A stretch of DNA of 64,000 nucleotides from Glycera tridactyla (GCA_965644265.1 OZ286459.1:136338001-136402000), one strand, 5' to 3'; shown: positions 36,466 through 48,193, numbered from the stretch's first letter. Notes: a model not told the origin generated them from the sequence alone. Translations and numbers: made by a program.

Positions 36466-37589
36466 CCCTTTGCTGCATGCGACGTGTTACGAAGAGCTGT
36501 TCATGCGCCATTTTCCGCCTTTGGACGAGCTGCATGTGACGCATAAGACGACCTTGGACGTGTTGAAGCTGACGCATAAGCTGCATCATGACGTATATGG
36601 ACGTGTCGCGAAAAATTGCGTTCGAGAAAAATTATATACTACACGGAAACACCGATTTGAAGGGCTTACAATCCGTATATCGCCATAAACTGTGTACCAT
36701 CACAAAGAACACATTCTTGTGGTGACGTTCAGGGTGGTTTCCGGGTATTTACACGAGAAATGATGACGTAGTAGGCCGGAGACACCGGAATCTCCATCTC
36801 GCGCATAGAATTGTGGGAGTCTAGACTCGAGGAGGAAGCCAAAAACCGGCAAATGGCGCTTCACAACACTCGTCTTCACCATGGATTTTCAAGCGATATA
36901 CGTCGTATTTCCGGGATTTAACATTCAAACTATCATATTTCAGTGCCGTGGAATCGATTGGTATACGTATTTTAGCGGTTGGATGAATATATCTTGTCGA
37001 ATTTCGCAACGGAAGATGAGAAGTCCGGGACAAACACGAGTTATTCCACCGGCGCCATCTTGATTTTCACTCACTTTTGCTCGCGACGCAAATTTTTCAC
37101 CTCGCCGCCACGAGAAAACTATTCGATATAAAGTCAAACCGTTTGCGCAGTACACTGCGCAATATTCTCAGGATTCGTTTGGTAGGAAATTCATCCCAAT
37201 ATTACTCATACTTCTCGCGTGATTACCGTGACAAGCCGTCAAAGTCGTGATTTTTCAGCGCGATCATGATTTTTTCCCGTGATACACCCCATGTTTGCCG
37301 GCTTCCCAATACAATTTATACATGCCCTATCGAAAATCCGAGGTGACCATCGTCTTCAGCATCTTCCAATCTGCTCAGGCGAATTTTTTGGTAAGTTTCT
37401 GACCATTATCGCAAGTGTGGGGCGCCTCTGAAGAAACGCTAATTTCTTATGTTCTTCCCTGGCTCGTCGTGTGAATGCATGCAAGTGACAGCTCACTGAT
37501 CATGGCCTTCGATGCTAGCAGAAAGCGCTCTCGCGACGTGTTTATGTGAAAAGTGACCCCAAACGTCGTGGCTTTCATGCAGCAAAGGG
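36466..37589. mobile_element. Non-autonomous piggyBac-type element (1,124 bp)
   Basis: TTAA TSD at 36462-36465 and 37590-37593. Perfect 14-bp TIRs CCCTTTGCTGCATG / CATGCAGCAAAGGG. CpG-rich, and no transposase-length ORF. Confidence 0.9.
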
Positions 37590-37618
37590 TTAAGAATGTT
37601 TCTGTCTGTATGCACATA

Positions 37619-37763
37619 CAGTCGAAGCTCCCTATAAAGACCACCCTGAGCTGTGACTGTGGTAGTATTTTCAATAGTAAGTTACCTCTCCATAAAGTCC
37701 ACCTCCCTATATAGGCCACTTTTCGATGCAACCAAAGGCGGTCTTTATAGGGAGGTTCAACTG
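37619..37763. mobile_element. pogo-like MITE, family C (145 bp)
   Basis: TA|CAGTCGAAGCTCCCTATAAAGACC...GGTCTTTATAGGGAGGTTCAACTG|TA, 24-bp TIR with 2 mismatches. Confidence 0.88.
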
Positions 37764-38082
37764 TATATATACATTGCTGTGAATTCAGACAATCACCATG
37801 CTTGGTCATGTGAAAGATCAGCCCCGGTAAAAAGGTGGTCCATCTAGAGAGGTAGTTTGAAGTTAGGGCAGTGCACTCTTTTATATCTAAACAGTGAGGA
37901 GGTGAGAGATAGTTGATGGACTTTTTAAATTACAAACCCTCTCATTCAGCCTGACCCAACTCTGCTTGCTTGATGCTGCTTCCTAATTATTGATTTGAAG
38001 GCCACCCTATCTATTAAAACTATCTATGATTGCATTGACTATGCATACATTTTGAATATGAGGATATGTTTGTTTTCTGTAG

Positions 38083-38221
38083 ATTGAAGTCAGCTGAGCT
38101 GGTTTTGGGAAGCGTTGATGAACTGACCCAGATTGTCGGTGATCATGAGCAGAGCTTGACAAGTCATGATATGATGTCTGCCAATCAAGAGATGCTTCAC
38201 GACACTTTACGACAACTCCAG
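38083..38221 (+). CDS. shot: Spectraplakin exon (R)LKSAELVLGSVDELTQIVGDHEQSLTSHDMMSANQEMLHDTLRQLQ
   Basis: Acceptor ttttctgtag|, donor CAG|GTAAGA, 139 nt, phase 2-0. Confidence 0.92.
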
Positions 38222-38642
38222 GTAAGATCAAGCACAACTTTCACTGATTCTGGCAAGCACGCCAACTTTGATATCCATGTTCATAGTATCCATTTGTGTG
38301 TCTGTGCATTTGTGCGATGGTAGATGCTACTTTGACCCCATAGCTTTACCTCGGAGTCTGAATAATTTTCACTCCAGTGATGCCGATTTTCCAACAATCT
38401 TCGGAATTCAGAAAATTTGGGTGAAAACTTGAATTAAGAAATTGCTGATATTTTTCTGAAAGTCTCAGAACAGATACTTTTGAGATTATGTGAAGGTAGT
38501 TTAAGAAAATCTGATCATATTTCCGAAAATCCAGCTACGCCTGGTTGGCATCACTGTCACTCAAACCTCTGTTTCTAAATACAATGGACCAGAATCGGCC
38601 AAGAGCTATGTGTATTATTGGATATTTCTTTGCTGTTTACAG

Positions 38643-38836
38643 GACTTGGAGACATCAGTATCTGAGCTTGAACCAGTTGTGAACCAGCTGGGTCATGACA
38701 TGATGGCGGTCAAGCAGCTGGTTGCACGGAGTCGTCCAGGCGTCGCTCGTTCACACCCTGATGTCCAAAAACTAGAGAGAGACGTTGATGGCATCTGTAC
38801 AAGATGGGAGAATCTCTCAATCCAGGTTCAGGATAG
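38643..38836 (+). CDS. shot: Spectraplakin exon DLETSVSELEPVVNQLGHDMMAVKQLVARSRPGVARSHPDVQKLERDVDGICTRWENLSIQVQD(R)
   Basis: Acceptor ctgtttacag|, donor AG|GTGAGG, 194 nt, phase 0-2. Confidence 0.93.
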
Positions 38837-39062
38837 GTGAGGAAATCCGCAATACTTGCATGTGTTGTTTGTTCAAGTTGTGGTTTTTCTTCACATCAAA
38901 ATGGATTTATATGAAATTTTGAAAAATTTCTCAGTTCATAACACCTCCCTCCTTGATGCCTGCAGAAAGTGTGAATTATCATGACTCTGATTATCACTGG
39001 CAAAACGTATTCCTGGATTGTTCAATCAGTTATATTTCATGACTAATTATATCTATGTACTA

Positions 39063-39238
39063 CAGTCAAACCTGTATTCAGCAACCACCATTGGGACAGT
39101 GAAAAGTGGTTGCTTAAGACAGGTGGTTGTCTAATACAGGTCAATTATAGTGAGAAATACGCTGGAGGGATTTTCGAAAGTGGTTGCTTAAGGCAGATGG
39201 TTACTTAATACAGGTGCCGTTTATAGCAGGTCCATCTG
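39063..39238. mobile_element. pogo-like MITE, family B
   Basis: TA|CAGTCAAACCTG...CAGGTCCATCTG|TA, with repeated GTGGTTGCTTA motifs. Confidence 0.75.
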
Positions 39239-39497
39239 TATATTGGAATGACACCAGTTATGCATCTTTGTAGCCTTCTATATGCCCCCAGATCAATTGG
39301 ACTTGGTTATAATTCTACTGTTCGAAGTCACTTTGTTGAAATCACATTTTTTGCATTCAACTCATACCGAGCTAGAACACATCAGATAACAATTTCTAGC
39401 AAGGATATGCCCCAGTCATTCCATAGAAAATATTTGTCTCCAAGTATCTTGTGACTCTGTTTGCAGATAGCTCTTGCCTTGTCACTGCTGATGCCAT

Positions 39498-39837
39498 ATC
39501 AGTCACCAGCCCCCATGTCACCATATATGCCTTAAATCAGTCACCAGCCCCCATGTCACCATATATGCCTTAAATCAGTCACCAGCCCCCATGTCACCAT
39601 ATATGTCTTATATCAGTCACCAGCCCCCATGTCACCATATATGCCTTAAATCAGTCACCAGCCCCCATGTCACCATATCTGTCTTATATCAGTCACCAGC
39701 CCCCATGTCACCATATATGTCTTATATCAGTCACCAGCCCCCATGTCACCATATATGCCTTAAATCAGTCACCAGCCCCCATGTCACCATATATGCCTTA
39801 TATCAGTCACCAGCCCCCATGTCACCATATATGTCTT
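39498..39837. repeat. 38-bp minisatellite (ATCAGTCACCAGCCCCCATGTCACCATATATGCCTTAA)n, ~9 copies
   Basis: Unit starts at 39498, 39536 and onward. Period 38. Confidence 0.95.
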
Positions 39838-40085
39838 CATCCAGTTTTGATTGAATTTTATCCAATATGAATGAATGAATGAATCAATCAATCAATCAAC
39901 AAAATCACCTCCTGATCAATCAACTGCCAGAGTAGGTGCTGATTCCCAGCACCACCATAGGTACAGAAATGTAGTGAAAACTAGATATGTGTATGATATT
40001 GGTAAACTACATGCAATTCTATGTGTCTTTGGCATACAGAGGGTTAGTCTTTTTGATTTGTTGGATGTGCTGTTTCCCCATTCAG

Positions 40086-40245
40086 GTTGAGGAATGTCAA
40101 TACCGGGATGGACTTACTGGATGGATACACAAACGGTCATTCTACCGAGGGACCATATGTAGCAAAAACACAACAGCGCGTATCCAGCCTGCCCCCACTA
40201 CAGAACAACATGGATGAGGCCAAGGAGCTTCTCGATTCAACAATG
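40086..40245 (+). CDS. shot: Spectraplakin exon (R)LRNVNTGMDLLDGYTNGHSTEGPYVAKTQQRVSSLPPLQNNMDEAKELLDSTM
   Basis: Acceptor tttccccattcag|, donor ATG|GTGATT, 160 nt, phase 2-0. Confidence 0.88.
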
Positions 40246-40454
40246 GTGATTGTTTACATTTATTCAATGTGACATTCCTGTTAAACACAAGCGATTCATT
40301 GTAGTTTTCGAGTTTTATTCTTCTGAATACTGCTTTCTTGAGTCTTCAACTTTGAAGAAATTAGGCAAAGGGAATTTTCCATGCTAGCATTCTCATATTT
40401 TGAATCTCTGGCCAGCCTTGACTTAATTAGCATTTTAATAGTAATATAATGATA

Positions 40455-40469
40455 CTACTGATAATGATG

Positions 40470-40535
<66 letters not shown>
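40455..40535. repeat. (AAT)n microsatellite
   Basis: AATAATAAT run with a few GAT interruptions, upstream of exon 40622. Confidence 0.95.
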
Positions 40536-40538
<3 letters not shown>

Positions 40539-40621
40539 TAAAAAATAAAAATGATGCTATATGGAGTTGAAGTGATGGTCTGGATCCTTTGATCTCAACA
40601 TTTTTATTACCTCTTTTGCAG

Positions 40622-40705
40622 CGCCTATATCAAGAATTGAAGGAACATCGGCCCAAAATTGAGGATGTGAACCGGCAGGGAGGCAAGTTCATCAAAGAAG
40701 CAAAG
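40622..40705 (+). CDS. shot: Spectraplakin exon RLYQELKEHRPKIEDVNRQGGKFIKEAK
   Basis: Acceptor ctcttttgcag|, donor AAG|GTGAGA, 84 nt, phase 0-0. VNRxGGxFIxEAK motif near the end of the plakin domain. Confidence 0.93.
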
Positions 40706-43095
40706 GTGAGAAATTCAGGCATATATGGCAGGGAGTTGACTGGATATCTTGTAGTTTTTTTACGCATTGTCATGTTCGTTGAATGGTTTACTGTTATCAT
40801 GCCCAAATTGTTTGTCATATTCTTTGAATGGCATTAAATCATTTTTTTCTTTTCACAGTGTTTAATTGCCTTTACTTGATCTTGCAGCGCATGTTCTGAG
40901 CATGTAGGCCTGTGTCTTGCCTTCTCCATTGCATGGATATGTTTGATTCGTTATCTGCATTTAAGTTTCAGGTTCAGGCATGTTTCAGTATCAGTGCCTA
41001 TTTTCACTCCCGATCAGTGCTGTCTTACAGTTGTTTTGAATTTTGCTCATCTTCTCACTGTCTCGTCTAGTGCTGTCCTGTGGTATGTCCTGCCGCCAGC
41101 CTTCATGGGAGGACGAAGTCTTCAGGGTTCATGTCTGTCATTCTGAGTCACATGACTGGAAACACAGTCACATGATCATCTGACCTTTGTCCCCTGAGGC
41201 TGTTCTGACTTCTCGCCTATCCTGTCTCTTTCCTGTTTGCCATCCTTACTCCTACCTCACCTAACTTTCTAGCTGTATCTAAGAACTAGGTTAAAAGTAG
41301 CTCTCACATTGCTGATTTACTAATATTTACTGGAGAAACTGAGATATAGTAGAGTGGATCAGTGAAGAATTTTTCCAGAAAAAACCTCTTGAGAAGTCAG
41401 CCGCATAAATTCGCAAATGGGACTTCTTGATAGTTGTTGGTGCTAAAGCCGTCCTCCCAATTATCCGCAGTATTTTCATCTTGGGAAATCCAACTGTACT
41501 GTAGACCTTGATAATCAAAGTTGGGCCAAATCTTGCTTGCCATGGCATTAGTGAGTACCAGCTTAATGATGAGAAAGCCTGATTCTGCTTTCATGGACCA
41601 TAGATATTCTCAGTCAGCTAGTTACTGAAGGTCTCTGGTAGGTGTGAAGTGGCCTCTGTATGCCAGAATTAGCATTTATGATCATGGTCCCAGTTTTGAT
41701 CTCACATGTATTATCATGTAGCCTGAGGCTAAGTGTAGTTGTACAGTCATCCAGCTGTGGATGCTATTGCAAAACTTCATGAGTGTTTTCATGAAGGAAG
41801 TAAAGTGCAGCACTTGCTTACCAGAACTTTAAATCAATAAGCTGATAAGGATAATCTCTAGGGGAAAACCTGCATAAGATCAATAGAGCCAATAGCTCCT
41901 CCACAGAACATATAATGACTGCGATGATTTACATTATCACTGTATGAAAACAATGGTAGGTTATACAGTTTATGAGTTGGACATACCCTATAGCATTGCT
42001 CTGCAAACATATTGCAATTAGAAAAATCATACTTAAATCATAGATAATACAATGATGATTCATGATATTCATTGATGAATGGAAGTTATATATCATTTGT
42101 CAGAATAAATCTAACTTCTAAATTAGTTCCTGTCGTGAATCTTGCTTCTTCTCTTCATCTGCATCCTAGATAACTCCCTCAACTCACCATTTACCCTCTC
42201 TGCCTCTTTGATTTGATTTTCCTGTATATGAGCTAATTAACCTTGCTTTGAGGGCACTGTGCTCCTGCCTGTCATATTACATCTAATGCTAATAGCAGTT
42301 AGATGTAGATGAGGTGGCCATGTGTCATGTTTTGTATTCCTTCAACCACAAGCCATGCGTGTGTGCGCTTCGTACTAGTCGAACATACCTCCTTTTAGAA
42401 CAGTATTCAGTCGTGTAAGTACCATTCTGTCACAAAGTGTCGCTCTCTCTCTATCTCTTGTTGATAACCAGCACGACTCCTCCAAGCTGCACTCCATGTT
42501 TGGTTCTGGTATACCTGGGTTGCCCTTCTTTTTCTTCGCTTTTGTTGTTCATGTTGTTCTGTAGACACGCACATGCTCGGACATGCATTGAGCTGTATTT
42601 TGGATGTAGGTACCTGAACTCCAAGTGCCCGATTCATGCTGCTTTTTCATATTTCATACTTAATATAAGTGATAGAAAGTGGCTAGAAAGATCAGTGCAC
42701 GGGATGCTTTTATGTCAATTTTTCCCAAATTTTAGGAAATCCAAAAGTTGGATGAGCAGTTAAAATTGAAAAGTCACTGCAATTTGGCTTGAAGTTTCAG
42801 AACAAATACTTTTGGGAATATGAGTTTTGTTCAGAAAATTTGACTGTATTTCCCAAAGATTTGCTCCATCTCATTGGCATTACGGGCCTAGGAATGGAAT
42901 GTTTGAGCAAGAACTGCACAGCAGTCGTATTGGTACAAACAGCTTACCAACACACCCATCCATGGCTCTCCCTCCACTGATTTTGCCAATTTCACCGCAT
43001 TTTCAGTGCATCCTATAATATCTATCTCTCGGTAAATATTCCATTCGCTTCAGGCTGTCAAAAAATCTTTATCAAATGGAACCTACCTCCAGCTC

Positions 43096-43226
43096 NNNNN
43101 NNNNNNNNNNNNNNNNNNNNNNNNNNNNNNNNNNNNNNNNNNNNNNNNNNNNNNNNNNNNNNNNNNNNNNNNNNNNNNNNNNNNNNNNNNNNNNNNNNNN
43201 NNNNNNNNNNNNNNNNNNNNNNNNNN
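43096..43226. other. Assembly gap (131 N)
   Basis: Run of N. Confidence 1.
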
Positions 43227-44117
43227 CCAGTCAAGTTTTGATATTTTGCGGTTGTAATTTATTTTCCATGATTTTGAAATATCTTGCGGAAAAGATGTTC
43301 AGTATGCAAAAATCATTCTCACCTAATTCCATATTTGATTTTCTCTGTTGGCACTAGAAAACAATATTGACCTGTCACAGGTGAATCTCTTTGAAGTGAT
43401 TCTCATGTATTTCTGAACACAAGTCTGCTGTATAACTGTCCACTTATGGAAAATATTTTCGCAAACCAGCATTCGGTCATTATTCACACATTTGTCAAAA
43501 ATTTGCGATGTTATCAACTTGTAAGAGAACGTGCAGCTGAGAAAATGTATACATGTACATGCTGGATCATATTGAACTGTCTCCAGTGATAGATCAGCTC
43601 ATTTTGATGAGTAATCGTTACCTCATATGACAGTATCTTAATTCGGTGTTTCCAGCAGTAGAAGCTTAAATATTGACTGGTACGAATGTCTAGATTAGCT
43701 CTACCTAGATCTCAATTATTCATTACTTGATTGGATATTACGTAACTCTTTTTGTTTGTCATTACTGTGAAATAAGCATTATGTGTGTTGTGTTGTCCTG
43801 TGTAGCATTTTATTTCTGGCTGTCTGTGGATGTGGCTATATGTAGTGGGATGAACAGCGGAAGAGTGATACTAGTTTCTATTGGGGTTAGAATGATACTT
43901 TACCAGCCTCAGTTATATTGTTGATTGATCACCGCGAGGTTGCAGTTGGTGTAACACATTAATCGTTATATCAGTTGGAATGAATTGAATCATGCCACTC
44001 CCACCTGTTTTGATGTACAGTAGGTGAGCAAAATTCAGGTCATCTTATCACAAAGCAAATAGAGTGATAAGAATTATACAGCTTTTGGATAAACTCTCAT
44101 ATCAGTGAATACATATA

Positions 44118-44294
44118 CAGTCAAACCTGTTCTAAGCAGCCACCCTTCTGGAAGGCAAAAAGTGGCTGCCTAGGGCAGTTGGCTGCTTAGAGCAGGTGAA
44201 TTATAGTGAAAAAACCTCCGGCGGGAAATTCAAAAGTGGCTGTTTAGGGCAGGTGGCTGCTTAGTACAGTGGCTGCTTAGGACAGGTTAGACTG
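44118..44294. mobile_element. pogo-like MITE, family B
   Basis: TA|CAGTCAAACCTGT...ACAGGTTAGACTG|TA, 177 bp, with repeated GTGGCTGCTTAG. Confidence 0.85.
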
Positions 44295-45402
44295 TATGTC
44301 CTGGATCTTGAACATGCCTCTTCAGTATCAGATTTAAGTGAATCCATCATTGGATTCAAATTCCTCCCAATCTCTCAAGCACACAGATAAAGAGTACAAT
44401 CCATCTATTGAAAAACAAGCATTTGTAGGGATGGCATCATTCTTCAAGTCAGTCACTCTTTGTGATGTTTTATCAAAGTGAGTGTCATTATTTGACTAGT
44501 CAAGTACTTATCACTTGATTTTAGTGTCTAGCATCACTGGCTGGACACATCTTAAGACTCACTCTAGCTCTTATGTGAGACAAATTTGTCAGAATTGGAA
44601 GTGTTGAGACCTATGGGATATGACATCCAAAATTTGATATTGCTAGCAATAAACCAGATGTATGAATGGCAGTGACTCCATGTATGCAAATATTCATCCT
44701 GTAAACGAATCATATTCTGGCCAACTTTAGGCAGCAAGTTTGGTCCCACTTTGTGTTCCACATCATCAGACATGTATCAGAATTGGCACTGAAGTCATTG
44801 GGATTTCATTAGGCAAACTTGCGTGGCAGGATCCATTCCGGTTGTCACAGGAATATCTAGACTGACTGTTGGATTGGATATATGGCCAAGCTTTGAAATG
44901 GCATCACGCTGGTGATTCATGATTCTAGCAGAATGGCGTGCAATCTGTTGCTTACTGATCTACCAAATCATGCTTCCATGTATTGTACACTCTTTTTAAC
45001 CGTCCTGTCTCTCTAACATGTTACTTGTATGTTCACACATTCAGCTACCTTTACAACAGTCTGACCACTGTTTGCTCTGTAAAAGCATGTTGTGTTCACT
45101 AACTGCTATTTTTTTTCTTGCATGTCTTTTGTCAGTTTCCTGTGGGAGATTACTATTGTGTGGAAGGAGATGTACATTACATTACTTTGATTCAGTATTG
45201 CATATGTGCATATTTGGTTAATACAGGGTAATTTGGAACATGATCTTGAGGCTTCAGTGATTATCATGCATCTAAATTTTCAAAAGTATATCTTCTTGTA
45301 AGATCTCTGATGTAGTGTCACAGACTTACTGACAACTGAACAGCCATCTATCCGGCAAATTGCTGAAGTGCCCATCTATTGGACTTCAAGTAATGTGTAA
45401 TA

Positions 45403-45577
45403 CAGTCAAACCTGTTCTATGCAGTCATCCCTGGGAAAGGCTAAAATTGGCTGTGTAGGAGAAGAGCTTGATAGCATGTGACTTATAGTGAAAAGATTTA
45501 TGGACAAGACCAAAAAAAAATGGCTGCGCAAACAGTTGCCTGCTTAGCATAGTGGCTGCGCAGAACTGGTTTGACTG
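45403..45577. mobile_element. pogo-like MITE, family B
   Basis: TA|CAGTCAAACC...GGTTTGACTG|TA, 175 bp. Confidence 0.8.
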
Positions 45578-46713
45578 TATAATTGGCCCGTATTCAAACT
45601 ATTGCAAGGGAATTGAAGTTTATGAAAATTTATTGCAGTAATGGTCATTCTTATTATTTGTAAATTGCTTCTCAGTTCCCACTTAGACTGGAAAGTTATT
45701 TGGAATGTTTTGTGTATGACCTCACTGAGCCTCAGTGTAGTGAATTATGAACCTGGGATAAGCATTTGTGTGGCAGAGAATCTTGTAGCCTCCAACAATT
45801 ACTGGGTACATTGCTTGTACATTCAACTCCCAAACAGCTCAGATCTTGACTGGTTGTATGCCTGCAAACTTTCATCAGAATAATCGGAAAGAATGAAAAG
45901 ATAATTCATGGCTGATGGACAGCTGAAATGTTTAATGAAACAGGGGTGATGTACAGATAGTTTTTGGTGTTGAGGTAAACTATTTCAGCTGTTCTGTAGC
46001 AGGTTCATGGATTTCTTCTTCAAACTAATTCATACTGTGGCTGCAACTGTTTTTATTTACTAAAATGTGAAGCCAAGTCAGATATGCTATTTGGCCAACC
46101 ATTGAATCAGTTAATCCTTGCCTGGTATTGAAAATACCTCAGCTTACCTGTGAATGACTTGGGCAGTCTTCACATCTGAGTATTTTCAGCTTTCTGACCT
46201 GTTGTTAAACCATGGTTTTGTACATGAGGGGATGTGAATCCAGGCCCCATTAGTCACTTCCAGATTTGAACGAAATTCTGAAAATGCAGTCAATTGAAAT
46301 TTGTATATTTCTCTGGTCAAACCATGATGTGACGCTGCTCCAATTTTTATTTGTCATTAATTTATATGTGAATCTTATGTGATTGTTAAAAAAAGTTAGG
46401 AGTATCCTGAGTAATCAAACACCACTTCAGCCAGATGGTCATGATGATCATCTACCTTCAAAGCAGCTGTATTTTATTCGACATAAGTGATATTCAAACT
46501 CACTGAAATTCGAAGTGAGGAAATGAGAGCAGATATCTTCATTTACAAGGAAAATGCATCTGACATGTTTTGACTGCCTAGGCATCAGAGTTTCTTCAGT
46601 ATATGCAACAAGAACTGTCCAAGGAACTGTTGAAGGTCCAATCTTTGATATGATGAGCTGATGTTTTTTGTGTAGGTGAGCATGTCTAATTGAACTTTGA
46701 TTACCCATTTCAG

Positions 46714-46935
46714 ACTTATGAGAAACGTCAGAATGAGTTCCGGCAGAACATCATAGAAATCCAGCCGAGTTTGGATGCCACCATAGCCAAACGACCCCGC
46801 ATCCAGTCTGGTGCGGAAACTGTACGAACCCAGCTTGAATCACTGAATCGCACTTATACTGATATGCTGGCTGATCTTCATCAACGTTTGCACATGACCA
46901 AGGAGATATTTGAACGCAATGGACAGTATTTCCCA
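46714..46935 (+). CDS. shot: Last plakin-domain exon TYEKRQNEFRQNIIEIQPSLDATIAKRPRIQSGAETVRTQLESLNRTYTDMLADLHQRLHMTKEIFERNGQYFP
   Basis: Acceptor cccatttcag|, donor CCA|GTAAGT, 222 nt, phase 0-0. KRPRIQSGA corresponds to the KRRRxQSxAD motif of vertebrate plakins. Confidence 0.92.
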
Positions 46936-47744
46936 GTAAGTGCCATTGTGGTGGAGTTTGCTACATTGAGCTTTGTGCTTGCAGAAGCCTGTCTCAGGTT
47001 TTGTTTCTGGTTTAATCCTGCTATTGCTGACATTCCTGCAGTCCGTCCTAGAAATGATTCTGCAGTGTAGTTTGTCTAGGCACAGGTTTCTCATCATCCT
47101 GGAAATTAGGAGAACCCCTGGAATTATGATGTTACATCATTTGGAACAAAAGATTGACAAATTAGTCCTAGAACAAATGGGGGAGGGACTCAAGAAGGAT
47201 GGTTGTGTCCATCTTGAATTCCAGTGAGCTTATAGTGATTGTGGCAGCATATGAGTATTCTCATAAAATTCCAAAGTCTATCCCATGGGGGGGGGGGGGG
47301 TTCTGAAAGAATTTCTGACCACTGGGCATGCTTCTTTGTTCTGATTCATCAATAATTGAAACCCCTCTTCACTTGCTTTATCATATTCCTTTCCCTATGT
47401 CAGTAGCTAGGTTTCAGGGAAATTCTGAATTTCTGAATTGCAAGTGATTCCAAATTTGCTGGAATCCAGTTTGAAATCTCTAATAAAAAACTTTCAAGAA
47501 GTTTCGGCCCATCTCTTTGACTTATGTGCCCTTATATTGTTCATGATTTCTCCCATTTTTCCTACTGTAGTGGAGCACACGCCATCTGCCAAGCCAAGAG
47601 GAAATTGATTTTCATGGTTGAAACTGCTGCAAACTGCGCTATTTACTGTTTGAAGTAACTGAGAAATATGTAATCCGTGTGATGCTTTCATAACAGACCC
47701 AAGTTAGATTGGATGGCTGTCTATTATCTGGACACACATATTCA

Positions 47745-48193
47745 AATGAATGTAGTATTTGTTGTCTATTTCCTTGAGTATGTATAGCATTGTGAATTTC
47801 TGAGGAAATATTGGTGGAAAGTTTGTTGTCATATTAGAATATCCATGAAATTTAAATGAAATGCTGTAAATTTCATAGTGTCATTGGAAAACAGCCTGTT
47901 TCTTGAAAGTTGGGTAAAATTGAGCCGTATTTGTTTGTTTGGGATTGTTTCCTCCATCTTTTTGAATCATATGTAGTGAATTGATAATCACAAATATTTT
48001 CACGCCCATGGCATGTTGCAAGGGGTGATCAGTGAATCATGAGGATTGATGAAAAGGGGTTTCTCAATGAATGTAGATTTGTTTATTTCCCTGAGTATGT
48101 ATAGCATCATGAATTTCTGAGGAGAGAGCTGTTCAAAGTTGTCATGTTAGAATATCCTGGAAGTTGAAATAAAATGCTGTAAATTTCATAGTG
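47745..48193 (+). repeat. Diverged ~130-bp direct duplication (47745-47880 and 48066-48193)
   Basis: Shared AATGAATGTAG...GAGTATGTATAGCAT..GAATTTCTGAGGA...TTAGAATATCC...AAATGCTGTAAATTTCATAGTG. Confidence 0.8.

Noticed and set aside
36445-36688. C-terminal part of the 177-aa ORF (YVSCLFNPLLHATCYEELF...) as coding or as transposase
   Set aside because: It is read-through past a good donor into the piggyBac-type element, with no DDD transposase motif or length.
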